Shown piece after piece: positions 8,661-18,484 of a stretch of 64,000 nucleotides of DNA. This DNA is from a virus. Each line of letters begins with the position of its first letter. Positions within the stretch are counted from its first letter, which is position 1. The stretch lies in the IMG/VR virus record IMGVR_UViG_3300036790_000396, positions 32,001-96,000 of that record; one strand, 5' to 3'. Below the pieces are notes generated by a model. The model saw only the letters and a list, made by a program, of their open reading frames with translations. It was not told the DNA's origin and did no database searches. Position numbers and translations under genes: made by a program.

Positions 8661-11150
8661 ATGACCGGCAAAGAAAACACCCCCGCGCCCCGTCCAGAGG
8701 GCGCGGGGGCAGTAAACCATTCCTCCGTCGAGCCCGACGATAGCATAATGCCAGCGGAAGTGTCAGCGGCCGAGGGGAATAATTTCCTCGCCGATGACTT
8801 CGTCGGCAACATCAGCCTCGATGACCTCGGCGGTTCCCCCGAGCGCCGCGCGGAGCTGCGAGAGGCGGCGGATCGCTACCGGCAGGCCGGGTACCGCATC
8901 ATCCCCGTGCACGACGTGGAAAGCGGCCGGTGCTCCTGCGGGGCCGCTGAAGGCGACTGCGCGGCCGGCAAGCACCCCGTCGAGCAGCAGTGGCAGAAGC
9001 CGAAAGAGGACCCGGCCTCTGACCTGCGGTGGTGGCGCGAGACCTCCGGCGAGAGCTATCCGCCGGATTCCCGCCCGGACGCGAATATCGGCATTCTCAC
9101 GGGAGAGCCCAGCGGGATCGTCGTCATCGATATCGATCCCGCTAACGGCGGCGATCTCCTGTGGGAAAGGCTGACCGCCCAGCACGGGGATATCCCTTCC
9201 ACCACTATTGCCCAGACCGGATCAGGAGGACGGCACTACCTCTTCCAGATGCCGTCTTTTCCCGTCCGCAACTGCAATCCCTGGGGCACCGGGATCGATG
9301 TCCGCGGCACCGGCGGCCAGGTCGTCGCCGCGCCGAGCATCTCGGGCAAGGGGCCGTACTCGGTCATCGACAGCTCGCCCCCGGCCCCGCTGCCCGAGTG
9401 GATCCGCGAGACGCTCGCCGCCTACCAGAAGGCCCAGCGCGGGGAGCCGTCCCCGCTCGCGCCCAAGGCAGCGCCGAACGGCATCCGGCGTGCCTACGGG
9501 CTGTCGGTCGTCGCGGCGCGGGCGAAGATGCTGAAGGAGACCGCGAAGGGCGGCCGGAACCAGGCCCTCAACGATGCCGCGTTCGCGTGCGGCCAGCTCG
9601 CGCCCGACCGGATCATCTCCGAGGCCGACGCCTGGGCGGCGCTGTCCGAGGCGGTGCTCGCGCCCGACTTCGGGATGGAGGAGGCCCGCCGCACGTTCCA
9701 CTCCGGCTGGTCCAGCGGCATGCTGCAGCCGTTTCATCCCCAGTGGACGGAGCGCGGCCATTTCGAGCCCCGCTCCTGGGACGATTTCGGGCTCGGCGAC
9801 CGGATGGGCGACCACTTCGGCGACATGCTCCGCTGGAACACCGACGTCGGGGTGTGGATGTTCTACCAGGCCGGGGTGTGGGTCAGCGAGGACGCGATGG
9901 CCGAGTGCCTCGCCCAGGCGATGATCGCCAGCCTCCCCGAGACCGAGGGCCCGGCCTACAGCAAGGACATCGACCCGAGCCAGGACGAGAAAGACTCGCC
10001 GCGGGACAGCTTCGAGGAGCAGTGCCGCAAGTGGCGCACGGCCGAGACGCCGGCCAAGGCAGTGAAGGTGGCCCGGCGCATGACGCTGATGGGGCTGCGC
10101 AAGTCCCATCTCGACATCGACCCTCTCGTGGTGAACCTCGCCAACGGCGCGTGGGACGCCCGGCGCCGTGCCTTCGCCGAGCACGCGCCCACCCAGTACC
10201 TGACGATGCAGTGCAGCTCCGTCTACGACCCGCACGCGGCGTGCCCGCAGTGGGATGCCTTCCTGGAGCGGGTGCAGCCCGACCCGGAGATGCGGGCGTA
10301 CCTGTACCGGATCTGGGGGTACTCGCTGACCGCGAGCCTGTCCGAGCAGGCGATGTTCCTGCACCACGGCTCCGGTGCCAACGGCAAGTCCGTCGCGAAC
10401 GACATCATCTCCCGGATCGCCGGGAGCTATGCCCAGATCGTGCCGGTGGAGACGCTGATCCTGTCCAGCAAGACCGGCCAGGTCCCGGTGGACATCGCCC
10501 GGATGGACGGGCGCCGCTACCTCGCCGCCAGCGAGACGAAGGCCGGCAAGCAGCTCAACGAGGCACTGATCAAGCAGCTCACCGGCGGCGACACCATCGC
10601 GGCCCGGTACCTGTACCGCGATTTCTTCGAGTTCAAGCCGACCGGCAAGATCCACCTGTTCTCCAACCACCTCGTGCACATCTCAGCCGACCCGGCGACC
10701 CACCGGCGGCTGCACCTGATCAAGTGGGGGGAATCCATCCCCGCAGCGGAGCAGGACAAGGATCTCGCGAAGAAAATCCTGGAGTCCGAGGGATCCGGCG
10801 TCCTCAACCGCCTCCTGGGCGGCCTCGCCGACTGGCTGGCCCTCGGTGATCTCGCGATGCCCGCCTGCGCGGTCGAGAGCAAGCAGGAGTACGTCCGCGA
10901 GGAGGACTGGCGCTACGCCTTCGTGGAGTCCTGCTGCGACGTCACAGAGCCCCAGGAGGGCGCTCCGGGCCGCAGCACCAGCGAGCTGTACGCCGTCTAC
11001 AAGATCTGGTACTCCCAGAACCAGCCGGGCAGCAAGCCCATGAGCATCAACGCCTTCTCGGCCAACCTCGCCGGAATGTATCCGCGGACGCGTATCGAGC
11101 GCTGGCGCGGATTCCCCACGCTGCAGGTGAAGCAGAATCCGGTTCAGTGA
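8661..11150 (+). CDS. Bifunctional primase-polymerase (Prim-Pol) fused to a P4/D5-like SF3 helicase
   Basis: CSC..GKHP, NIGILTG..VVIDID, TGSGGRHY, IDVRG.GG.VVAAPS; helicase GSGANGKS, ASE, KQLTGGDTI.AR, FSNH. Start may instead be 8748: an 11-bp hairpin lies at 8680-8709. Confidence 0.92.
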   Translation: MTGKENTPAPRPEGAGAVNHSSVEPDDSIMPAEVSAAEGNNFLADDFVGNISLDDLGGSPERRAELREAADRYRQAGYRIIPVHDVESGRCSCGAAEGDCAAGKHPVEQQWQKPKEDPASDLRWWRETSGESYPPDSRPDANIGILTGEPSGIVVIDIDPANGGDLLWERLTAQHGDIPSTTIAQTGSGGRHYLFQMPSFPVRNCNPWGTGIDVRGTGGQVVAAPSISGKGPYSVIDSSPPAPLPEWIRETLAAYQKAQRGEPSPLAPKAAPNGIRRAYGLSVVAARAKMLKETAKGGRNQALNDAAFACGQLAPDRIISEADAWAALSEAVLAPDFGMEEARRTFHSGWSSGMLQPFHPQWTERGHFEPRSWDDFGLGDRMGDHFGDMLRWNTDVGVWMFYQAGVWVSEDAMAECLAQAMIASLPETEGPAYSKDIDPSQDEKDSPRDSFEEQCRKWRTAETPAKAVKVARRMTLMGLRKSHLDIDPLVVNLANGAWDARRRAFAEHAPTQYLTMQCSSVYDPHAACPQWDAFLERVQPDPEMRAYLYRIWGYSLTASLSEQAMFLHHGSGANGKSVANDIISRIAGSYAQIVPVETLILSSKTGQVPVDIARMDGRRYLAASETKAGKQLNEALIKQLTGGDTIAARYLYRDFFEFKPTGKIHLFSNHLVHISADPATHRRLHLIKWGESIPAAEQDKDLAKKILESEGSGVLNRLLGGLADWLALGDLAMPACAVESKQEYVREEDWRYAFVESCCDVTEPQEGAPGRSTSELYAVYKIWYSQNQPGSKPMSINAFSANLAGMYPRTRIERWRGFPTLQVKQNPVQ

Positions 11151-11207
11151 CAATGAGTCACCGGGGGCATGTAGGGAAACGGACATTTCTTATCCCTCCC
11201 TCCCCCG

Positions 11208-11567
11208 GTGACGCACCCGGTGACGCACTTTAGTGACGCATCAAAGACAATTAATGATATGCCTGACCTGCAGTTATATGTTGGTGACGCAGGTGACGCA
11301 ACTTTTGGGAAACTACCCTGAGCGGCCATCGGCCGCTCTTTTTGATTACTTAGGGTAATATCATATCGAGCCAAAAGTTACCCGACAGTAGTGATAACAG
11401 CAACTAAGTCTAGAAGTAGCAATGGATACATCTGGCATCGCGCGTGCGTGCGCGAGAGAGTTTCCCAAAAGTTGCGTCACCTGCGTCACCTTCGACAAAA
11501 CTCCAGCTCAGACCCTACGAAATACCGACTCTGCTGCGTCACTCGGGTGCGTCACCGGGTGCGTCAC
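11208..11567. repeat. Mirror-symmetric iteron array, probable replication origin
   Basis: GTGACGCA at 11208, 11220, 11233, 11284, 11293 and inverted TGCGTCAC at 11473, 11482, 11535, 11548, 11560; perfect 32-bp inverted repeat 11283-11314 / 11459-11490; AT-rich centre; directly after the primase-helicase. Confidence 0.75.
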
Positions 11568-11746
11568 CTCTATGAATCTTCAACTTCATCTTCCGGCGTG
11601 GATACATTTTTCTTTACGCGTACGGAAAAGAAAAGGATGACGGAGAGAGAAGGTGCCCTCGGCTCCCGGTCTCCAGGTTCCGCGCTGCTGCGCCACCTGC
11701 GCCCGCCGGGTAGCCGCACGCGCGCTGGAAGGCTAGCTTTATTGAG

Positions 11747-12151
11747 ATGAGGCTCCCGCCGTACAATCCGCAGGATGTGTGCCCCAAGTGCAGTGCCGAG
11801 ATGCCTGACGTGACATGGCACCCGAGCCGCGTCGCCGGCAGCACCTTCCCCTGCGCGCGCGGCTGGCCCGCCGTTGCGCGCGAGCATCTGTGCCTGACGT
11901 GCCCGCGGTGCGATTACGGCTGGATGACTCTCACGGCAGACGCGGTTACGCTGCCTCAGGACGACGATGAAGGAGACGACATGCCGATCCGGAAGACCGG
12001 TGCCGCTGCCGACCAGCAGGTGACCGAAGTCAGCGAGGAGGAGCTGCCGCTGCAGTTCACCGCTTCCTCCCCCTCCTCCTCATCCCCCTGGTCCGCAGAG
12101 GACGAGGCCGGGCTGCAGGAGGAGAACCAGGAGGCGGACGGCGGCCGGTGA
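11747..12151 (+). CDS. hypothetical Zn-ribbon protein with acidic tail (possible internal start at 11981)
   Basis: CPKC...CPRC; AAGGAG before ATG 11981. Confidence 0.6.
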   Translation: MRLPPYNPQDVCPKCSAEMPDVTWHPSRVAGSTFPCARGWPAVAREHLCLTCPRCDYGWMTLTADAVTLPQDDDEGDDMPIRKTGAAADQQVTEVSEEELPLQFTASSPSSSSPWSAEDEAGLQEENQEADGGR

Positions 12152-13137
12152 GCCGCGATGACCGCGAGGGCCTGATGGCGTGGCTGACGGGGGCTGTGCG
12201 CCACGCGCCTGACGAGCGCCCCCGCCAGCGCCCTGATCTCGACCTGGGAGGCATCCTCGGCGGCGACCGGTCCCATTACGACGGCGTCCTGGGGCGCTCC
12301 GGGCTGTTCATCCTGGACTCGCCCGGCGAGTGGACGTGGGACCTGCAGGCCCTCCCTGGCGAGCGGTCCCCGTCGCACGCCGTCGCCCTCCCCGGTATCG
12401 AGCGGGCCGGCGGCCCCGCCGAGACGGCGTCCTCGTGCACGGCGCTGCAGCCATACCCGGCGGCGTGCTGGGACGTCTGCGGCTATTACCGGCGCCTGGG
12501 CATCGGCTGGCGCGCCGGCTGGAAGGAGATGCGCGAGGCGTACACCCGCCTGGGCGGCCAGGACGACCCGGACCTGACGTACGCGATGAAGCAGCTCCTC
12601 GACCCTGGCCTGCGCCGCGAGTACGACGCCCTCCCCCTGGGCGCCCTGTGGCTCCGCGACAGGGATACCGCCGACCGGGTGCGGCGCGACTCGATCCGGG
12701 AGTCAGCGCGCCGCCGCAGCCGGGGCTCCGGTATCTCCGCCGACGAGGTACTGGACGAGTGGGGCTACGGCACGACGCAGGACCGCCCGGACGCCGCGGA
12801 GGCCGCGGTCCTCCCGGACTGGGCGCGGCAGCGGGGCAGCCGCCCCTGGGACTGTGACTGGTCCTATTACGTCCTCGGCGACCCGGCAGCCCGGGGAGCC
12901 TTCGATCCGGTGCGCGTCCGTGAGGCGCTGCTGCCGCGCTGGCAGCAGGCCCTGGCCGCCGCGCTGTCCCGCGCGGGAAAGCACGTCTCGTTCGCGGTGG
13001 GCGTCAGTCCCGACACGCCGGACGGATTCTTCCTCGCCACTTCCCCTTACACGGATTCTTTGATAATCTTCCTCGCGAGCGACTACCCCGAAGGCATCAC
13101 CGCGGAACGTGCCGCGCAGGCAGTCAGCAGGGACTAG
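12148..13137 (+). CDS. DnaJ-like (J-domain-like) protein lacking the HPD motif
   Basis: YYRRLGI...EMREAY...AMKQLLDPGLRREYD matches J-domain helices I, II and IV. Confidence 0.6.
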   Translation: MSRDDREGLMAWLTGAVRHAPDERPRQRPDLDLGGILGGDRSHYDGVLGRSGLFILDSPGEWTWDLQALPGERSPSHAVALPGIERAGGPAETASSCTALQPYPAACWDVCGYYRRLGIGWRAGWKEMREAYTRLGGQDDPDLTYAMKQLLDPGLRREYDALPLGALWLRDRDTADRVRRDSIRESARRRSRGSGISADEVLDEWGYGTTQDRPDAAEAAVLPDWARQRGSRPWDCDWSYYVLGDPAARGAFDPVRVREALLPRWQQALAAALSRAGKHVSFAVGVSPDTPDGFFLATSPYTDSLIIFLASDYPEGITAERAAQAVSRD

Positions 13138-13181
13138 CTCACTTCACTTCAGGCCATCAGGTTCACCAGGGAGAAGGCTTC

Positions 13182-14129
13182 ATGCCGAGTTTCAGCAAGG
13201 GTGCCGCGTCCGCAAAGGCTGCCGCCGAGGCGGCTTCCGGCGGCGGCCGGGTCTCGTTCTTCCGCCTCAAGAGCGGCGAGGCCCCCAGGTACGTCCGGTT
13301 CATCACGGACCTGGACGATCTCATTCACGTCCAGATGCACAACGGCGTCCCGACGAGGGACGCTCCGAAGGGCGCCACCAACTGGCCCAAGCAGATGGGC
13401 GCCGTCTGCCAGAACGACATCGCGTTCCGGCTCCTGCACGCTGAGGGGGAGCCCCTCGATCCCCCGCAGTGGGAGGACGGCAAGGGATCCTGCTACATCT
13501 GCGAGTTCAAGAAAGGCGTGAAGGGCACCTACGGCGGCAGCGTCGCCGACACGCGCCCGTACGTCTGGGGGCTCGGCGTCGAGCGCCAGCCCGTCACGAA
13601 GGACCCCAAGAGCGGCAAGTTCCGCCCGGCCGCGCCCGATGAGAAGATCAGCGCCTTCGCCGACGTGACGGAGACCGTCAAGACCGATGACGGGGAAGTC
13701 AGGATCCCCAAGATCCTCGTCTTCACGCAGGGGTGGAGCAACTTCTGGGGCACCCTGTCGCAGGTCACCTACATGGCCGGCTCGGTGTGCCTGACCGACT
13801 TCCGGATCACCCGCCAGGACAACGCCTACGAGTTCGGCATGGGCCTGGAGACCCCGGACCTCAAGCCGGGTACCGAGGCGTGGGAGAAATACTCCGGGGC
13901 CCTGGAGATCCGCAAGCTCACGCTGGAGGACGCGGTCCTGGACCAGGCCAGCTCCGCGTACTACGGGCGGTTCTTCGACCACCGGGTCAAGCACGAGGAC
14001 AGCGACGACTCGCAGTCCGCCGGCGCGAAGGACGAGGGCGCGAAGGTGTCGGAAGAGGACGTCGCCGACGTGCGCGCCCGCATGGCCGAGACTTTCGGCT
14101 CCTCGGACGTGTTCGCCACGAAGTCCTGA
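13182..14129 (+). CDS. gp32-like single-stranded DNA-binding protein
   Basis: FFRLKSGE..YVRF, His/Cys..CYIC metal motif, acidic C-terminal region, position before dnaE. Confidence 0.7.
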   Translation: MPSFSKGAASAKAAAEAASGGGRVSFFRLKSGEAPRYVRFITDLDDLIHVQMHNGVPTRDAPKGATNWPKQMGAVCQNDIAFRLLHAEGEPLDPPQWEDGKGSCYICEFKKGVKGTYGGSVADTRPYVWGLGVERQPVTKDPKSGKFRPAAPDEKISAFADVTETVKTDDGEVRIPKILVFTQGWSNFWGTLSQVTYMAGSVCLTDFRITRQDNAYEFGMGLETPDLKPGTEAWEKYSGALEIRKLTLEDAVLDQASSAYYGRFFDHRVKHEDSDDSQSAGAKDEGAKVSEEDVADVRARMAETFGSSDVFATKS

Positions 14130-14140
14130 TCCTCCGGGCT

Positions 14141-14207
14141 CCTCTCGCCGGAAGCGGGGGCCAGGGTGCACGCCGGGAAACCGGGCCTGGCACTCCCCGG
14201 CGAGAGG
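14141..14207 (+). other. Nested multi-stem RNA structure with GAAA tetraloop
   Basis: 14141-14151 pairs with 14197-14207; 14160-14165 with 14186-14191; CCGG-GAAA-CCGG at 14173-14184. Confidence 0.45.
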
Positions 14208-14211
14208 GACC

Positions 14212-14252
14212 GCGCGGGAGCCCGTCCATGGGTGCGGGCTCCCGCGCTTTTT
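14212..14252 (+). terminator. Rho-independent terminator
   Basis: 13-bp stem GCGCGGGAGCCCG / CGGGCTCCCGCGC followed by TTTTT. Confidence 0.85.
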
Positions 14253-14269
14253 CATGAAAAGGGACTTTC

Positions 14270-17200
14270 ATGGCTTTTGCACATATTCATACGCACAGTG
14301 AGTACTGTGTAGCACCTGAGACCAAGATAGCGCTTGCTTCTCTTTCATGGAAGAAAGCGAGTGACATAGAAGTAGGAGAAGAAATCGTTGGATTTGACGA
14401 AGATCTTCGCCCTCTGGAGGGAGAAAAAGGTAATAGTCGATCAAAGATGCGTCGAGCTGTAGTCACCGGAAAAAAATCTGTTTTCCGCGAATGCTGGCGC
14501 ATATCTCTGGAGGACGGAACTGAAATAGTAGCTTCCAGTCTCCATGGATGGATATCTAACGGAACTACCAAGGGCTCTCTCGTGCGCCCAGGCGGCCCCA
14601 AGGGCGGCTATGGTACCAATACGCGTCGCTGGGTAATGACTCAGGACCTTACTCCGGGCAAAAGCCGTCTTATCAAGTGGGCATCCCCATGGGGAGATCT
14701 TCCGTCGGATCTTGCTCATGACGCGGGCTGGCTAGCAGGAATCGCAGATGGAGAAGCATGGCTGAACGGAGGCCAGTTTTCTTTTGCCCAGAATCCTGGA
14801 GTCGTGCTTGATCGCATCAAGGCGACATGTGAAAAGCTGGGATACGGGATCACTGCTGATCGTGCGCAATGGTCTGCTTCTCCTACGGACTGCCGTACGT
14901 TCCGGCTGAACGGATACGAGACTGTCCTGCGCTTTCTTTCTCAGTGCCGTCCTTCCCGGTTCATTGGCCGGTCCGACGAGGTATGGGCTGGCCGGCGAGC
15001 GGGGAGCAGGAACACTCGCCCTGTGCTGGTTTCTTCTCTAGAATACATAGGAGAAGCCGAGACTATAGCACTGGAAACTTCCACTGGGACTCTGGTAGCA
15101 GAAGGATTTCTCAGCCATAACTCCCCGATGGACGGTCTTTCCCGCTGCCGGGAGATCGCGGCCCGCGCGGCAGCCGACGGCCATGCTCACACCGCGATCA
15201 CCGATCATGGTAATTGCTCAGGGCACCCCGACTTCCAGCGGGCCTGCGACGAGTACGGCATCTCCCCCGTGTTCGGCATGGAGGGGTACTTCATCGCCGA
15301 CCGGACGGAGCAGCCCGGCCCGGGCGACAAGGAGGCCCAGAAGCGGCGCCGCTCCTACGCCCACCTGATTCTCCTCGCCCGTGACAACGCCGGGCTCCGC
15401 AACCTCTACTCCCTGTCCAGCGAGGCGTACACCAGCGGCTTCTACGCGAAGCCGTGCCTGGACTGGGAGCTGCTGGAAAAGTACGGCGCGGGCCTCACCG
15501 CCACCACCGCGTGCTTGGGCGGCATCATCAGCAAGCCGCTCCTCGCCGGGGACTGGGACACCGCCGCCGCCACGCTGCGGCGCATGCGCGGCATCTTCGG
15601 CGAGAACTTCTACCTCGAAGTGCAGCCCAACCTGATCCCCGAGCAGCAGCGCCTGAACATGCTGCTGAAGGAGGTCTCCGCTTCCTCCGGAATCCCCCTC
15701 GCCGCCGCCTCCGACGCGCATTACCCGTCCCCTGCCGAGGAGTCATTGCACCGCACCTGGATGGCCTGCCAGACCGGTACCGGCAACGACGATTACTGGC
15801 AGATGGATCCCATGCACGACGAGGCAGTCGTCCGCGACCGCCTCTCGCGTGCCCTCGGCCCCGATGCCGCCCGGCAGGCATGCGATAACACCGTCCGCAT
15901 CGCGGAGCAGTGCACCGCCAGGATCGGCGGCGAGATCGTGCCCCCGGTGTTCTCGTCCTCCTACGAGGAGGACAGCCGCGCCCTGTACCAGCGGGCCAGT
16001 GACGCGCTTGCTGACCGCCATTCCGCCGGGCTGCTGGCCGGCGGCAGCCTGGACGACTACGCGCGCCGGCTCGGCGAGGAGTTCTGCCTCGTCCGCGACA
16101 AGCGGCTGTCCGGCTGCTACCTGATGGTGGAGGACATCACCACCTGGGCGCGGGGCGAGGGCATCCTCGTGGGTCCCGGCCGCGGATCGGCCGCCGGATC
16201 CCTCATGTCGTGGCTGCTGGACATTACCGTGTCCGACCCGATCGACGCGGGCCTGATGTTCTCCCGGTTCCTCACCCCGGGCCGCGTGAGCCTCCCCGAC
16301 TTCGACCTGGACTTCCCCAGCTCCCAGCGCGGGAAGATCCAGGACCGGGTCATCGGCAAGTACGGCGCGGACAGCGTGGTCCGCGTCGGCACCCACATGC
16401 GCTACCGCGCCAAGTCGGTCCTGGACAAGCTCGCCGGCGTCGCCGTCAGCCGCGGCGAGCTGCCCGCCGAGGCCAGGACCGACATGAAGGCCGTCAGCGC
16501 CCTGATCGAGGAAGCCGAGTCTCACACCGCCGGCCTGGGCCTGCCGTGGGATGACCTGATGAGCCAGCTCTCGGACGGGCTGGAGCCGTACGTGCAGAAG
16601 TACCCGGAGATCTTCTCCACCGCCGCCGTGCTCGTCGGGCGCGTCCGCGGGTACGGCACGCACCCCGCCGGCCTGGTCATCTCCACCGGCCAGCCGCTGG
16701 AGGGCACGCTCCCCATGCGGATCGCCTCCGCCCAGGACCGGACCGTCGTCTCCCAGTGGGACTTCCGGGACATGGAGGCCCAGGGGCTCCTCAAGCTCGA
16801 CTTCCTCACCCTCCGCACGCTGGACAGCATCCAGGAGGCCGTCCGGCTGATCGGGCAGCGCACCGGTCACCGCCCGGACCCCTCACGGTGGACTGCCGAG
16901 TACCGGGACCCGCAGGTGTGGGAGGAGATCGGCACCGGCCGCACCCTCGGCATGTTCCAGGTGGAGACGAGCCTGGGTGCCCGGTTCTGCGGGGACATGA
17001 AGCCCCGCAGCATCGCGGAGCTGGCCCACCTCGTCGCCCTCGTCCGCCCCGGCCCGCGCAACTCCGGGATGGACCAGGCGTACCTGCGCCGCCGCGCCGG
17101 GAAGGAGGAGGTGCAGTACCCCCACCCGGCACTGGAGGACCGGCTGCGCGGCCAGCAGGGCATCATGATCTTCCAGGAGGACATCCTCTACGCCTGCACC

Positions 17201-18484
17201 GAGCTGGCCGGCTACGACGGCGCCGAGGCCGACGGCGTCCGCAAGATCCTCGGCAAGAAACTCACCGCGAAGATCGCCGCCGCCGGGGAGGAGTTTGCCA
17301 GGCGCTGCGAGGAAAACGGACATATCTCCCGTAAAGAGGCAGAAGACATATGGGAGACAATGGCGACCTTCGGGAAATACGGTTTCAACGCAAGCCATGC
17401 TTTTTCCTATTCTGTTCTTGCATTCTGGACGGGATGGCTTAAATCGCATTATCCCGCCGAAACGCTGGCCGCGATCTGCACCACCCTGTCCGAGAAGGAG
17501 AAGGACCGTATCGGCCTGTACGTGAACGAGGCGCGCCGCCTGGGCATCGACGTGCGCCCCCCCGACGTGAACCACCACGCCCGCGGGTTCGCCGTCGAGT
17601 GGCCCCGCGACGGGGAGGAGTCCCGCCCCTCGGTCCGCTACGGGCTCGACGCCATCACCGGCGTCGGCGACAGCGCCCTGAAGGCCCTCGCCGCCGGCGC
17701 CCCGTTCGCGAGCTGGGACGCGGTCCGCGGCACCGTCAACTCCGGCGTGCTGCGCGCCCTCGTCACCGGGGGCGCCCTCGATGCCCTCGTGCCGTCCCGC
17801 CGTGCCCTCGCCGAGCACCTCGACGCCGACCGGGCCGGCGACCTCGTCCGCTGCGTCCACAAGGACGAGACCGTCTCCGGTCCCAACGGGCTGCCCTGTA
17901 CCTATGAGTGGGACAAGGAGCCGGTGATCGAGCGCCTCAGCGAGAGGACGGGCCGCAGGCTGCAGCCCCTGATCAAGCCCCCCCCGGCCCGCTGCACGCG
18001 CTCCTGCCGCCGTTACCAGCCCCCGGACCTGTCCGGCCTCGACGGATCCCTGTCCTACGCCCCGGACGTGCTGTGGCGCCTGGAGACGGGGCTGTTCGGC
18101 ACGTGGCTGTCCCCGGACGCCTTCACCGCGCTCGACGCCCGGCTGCCCGGTGCCTCCAGGCTGGGCGCCGAGCTGACCGACATGTGGGACGATCTCCCGG
18201 CCGGCATCTACCAGGTTCCCGCGGTCTTCCAGGGACTGCGCGAGACGGTCACGAAGGCCGGGAACACGATGGGCTGGCTCACTCTCGCTTCCGTGACAGG
18301 GATTATTGATATAAGCTGCTTCCGGCCGCGTGATCCCGGCGAACCCGACCTGCTTGCCGTCGCCGGGCGCATCCGGCCCGGTACCCCCGTCGCGGTCCTT
18401 GCCGAGCGGTCCCGGTACCGTACCTCCTCCGGCTGGCGCACGTCAGGCCGGCTGCGCGACATCAGGAGCATCAGTGCCCGCTAA
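14270..18484 (+). CDS. dnaE: DNA polymerase III alpha subunit, intein-containing
   Basis: HTHSEY|S..DG, ITDHG, GPGRGSAAGS, PDFDLDF, HPAG, LKLDFL, FQ.E, RPGP, YGFNASH. Confidence 0.97.
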   Translation: MAFAHIHTHSEYCVAPETKIALASLSWKKASDIEVGEEIVGFDEDLRPLEGEKGNSRSKMRRAVVTGKKSVFRECWRISLEDGTEIVASSLHGWISNGTTKGSLVRPGGPKGGYGTNTRRWVMTQDLTPGKSRLIKWASPWGDLPSDLAHDAGWLAGIADGEAWLNGGQFSFAQNPGVVLDRIKATCEKLGYGITADRAQWSASPTDCRTFRLNGYETVLRFLSQCRPSRFIGRSDEVWAGRRAGSRNTRPVLVSSLEYIGEAETIALETSTGTLVAEGFLSHNSPMDGLSRCREIAARAAADGHAHTAITDHGNCSGHPDFQRACDEYGISPVFGMEGYFIADRTEQPGPGDKEAQKRRRSYAHLILLARDNAGLRNLYSLSSEAYTSGFYAKPCLDWELLEKYGAGLTATTACLGGIISKPLLAGDWDTAAATLRRMRGIFGENFYLEVQPNLIPEQQRLNMLLKEVSASSGIPLAAASDAHYPSPAEESLHRTWMACQTGTGNDDYWQMDPMHDEAVVRDRLSRALGPDAARQACDNTVRIAEQCTARIGGEIVPPVFSSSYEEDSRALYQRASDALADRHSAGLLAGGSLDDYARRLGEEFCLVRDKRLSGCYLMVEDITTWARGEGILVGPGRGSAAGSLMSWLLDITVSDPIDAGLMFSRFLTPGRVSLPDFDLDFPSSQRGKIQDRVIGKYGADSVVRVGTHMRYRAKSVLDKLAGVAVSRGELPAEARTDMKAVSALIEEAESHTAGLGLPWDDLMSQLSDGLEPYVQKYPEIFSTAAVLVGRVRGYGTHPAGLVISTGQPLEGTLPMRIASAQDRTVVSQWDFRDMEAQGLLKLDFLTLRTLDSIQEAVRLIGQRTGHRPDPSRWTAEYRDPQVWEEIGTGRTLGMFQVETSLGARFCGDMKPRSIAELAHLVALVRPGPRNSGMDQAYLRRRAGKEEVQYPHPALEDRLRGQQGIMIFQEDILYACTELAGYDGAEADGVRKILGKKLTAKIAAAGEEFARRCEENGHISRKEAEDIWETMATFGKYGFNASHAFSYSVLAFWTGWLKSHYPAETLAAICTTLSEKEKDRIGLYVNEARRLGIDVRPPDVNHHARGFAVEWPRDGEESRPSVRYGLDAITGVGDSALKALAAGAPFASWDAVRGTVNSGVLRALVTGGALDALVPSRRALAEHLDADRAGDLVRCVHKDETVSGPNGLPCTYEWDKEPVIERLSERTGRRLQPLIKPPPARCTRSCRRYQPPDLSGLDGSLSYAPDVLWRLETGLFGTWLSPDAFTALDARLPGASRLGAELTDMWDDLPAGIYQVPAVFQGLRETVTKAGNTMGWLTLASVTGIIDISCFRPRDPGEPDLLAVAGRIRPGTPVAVLAERSRYRTSSGWRTSGRLRDIRSISAR
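14306..15121 (+). mobile_element. Intein (272 aa) in the DnaE PHP domain
   Basis: Begins CVAPET, ends GFLSHN|S; one LAGLIDADG-like motif WLAGIADGEA; visibly lower GC. Confidence 0.93.
18294..18315 (+). promoter_or_regulatory. Degenerate operator copy TGACAG-ggatta-TTGATA inside the dnaE 3' end
   Basis: AT-rich island within GC-rich coding sequence, upstream of recA. Confidence 0.45.

Noticed and set aside
11208-11567. Repeat cluster as a CRISPR array or transposon ends
   Set aside because: Units are 8 bp in mirror orientation without unique spacers; no transposase; the small ORFs here look non-coding
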